A stretch of DNA of 64,000 nucleotides, taken from assembly GCF_001194135.2 (NCBI RefSeq), contig NC_068997.1:4611502-4675501 (forward strand). The letters are read 5' to 3'. A model generated the notes under the pieces. It made no database searches. It worked only from the letters and a program-made list of their open reading frames with translations, and was not told the origin of the DNA. The position numbers and the translations under genes were made by a program. How positions within the stretch are numbered: the stretch's first letter is position 1; the number at the start of each line of letters is the position of its first letter. This document shows, piece after piece, positions 63,688 to 64,000 of this stretch. Source of the stretch: Octopus bimaculoides (Eukaryota).

Positions 63688-63828
63688 GTGTGTGGTAAGA
63701 AGCCTGCTTCACAACTACATGGTTCCAGGTTCAGCCCTGCTGTGTGCCACTTTGAGCAAGTGTCTTCTGTAGCCTCATGCCAACCAAAGCCTTGTAAGTG
63801 GATTTGGTAGATGGAAACTGAAAGAAAC

Positions 63829-63835
<7 letters not shown>
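63688..63835 (+). mobile_element. SINE family A 5' half preceded by GGGTTA repeats
   Basis: gggttagggttagggttagggtgtgtggtaagaagc... Confidence 0.8.
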
Positions 63836-63873
<38 letters not shown>

Positions 63874-64000
63874 CGTGAGAGAGTTAGGGGTTGGGGGTAC
63901 AACCCACTAAGGGATAGTATCTATCCAGTATACTGCTGGGAGGGTACCCAATTATTGCTACGCTAGTGCTATACTAGGTGCAATCAATGGGAGCGGGTAA

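Overview
AT-rich eukaryotic genomic DNA with many microsatellites and several N gaps. The tRNA-derived SINE families and the TE mix point to a coleoid cephalopod, most likely Octopus (inference from recalled SINE sequences). No host protein-coding gene can be called with confidence, and almost all listed ORFs are microsatellite or TE artefacts. The window is a mosaic of decayed mobile elements: a Tx1/L1-like LINE 5' half; CR1-like, RTE-like and R4/REL-type LINE remnants; two mariners and one Tc1; a Gypsy gag-pol fragment; a Helitron helicase fragment; hAT MITEs; and several SINE families. The most interesting signal is a set of minimal type I hammerhead ribozyme motifs with palindromic stem III, of the kind found in Penelope-like elements and retrozymes. 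Two have complete cores (1623-1670 minus, 7987-8122 plus) and several are decayed, repeatedly sitting in or beside long foldback inversions. Also notable are TIR elements carrying TTAGGG tracts (two in inverted, palindromic arrangement) and a CpG-retaining domain at about 28.3-34.2 kb that may be a promoter or intergenic island.
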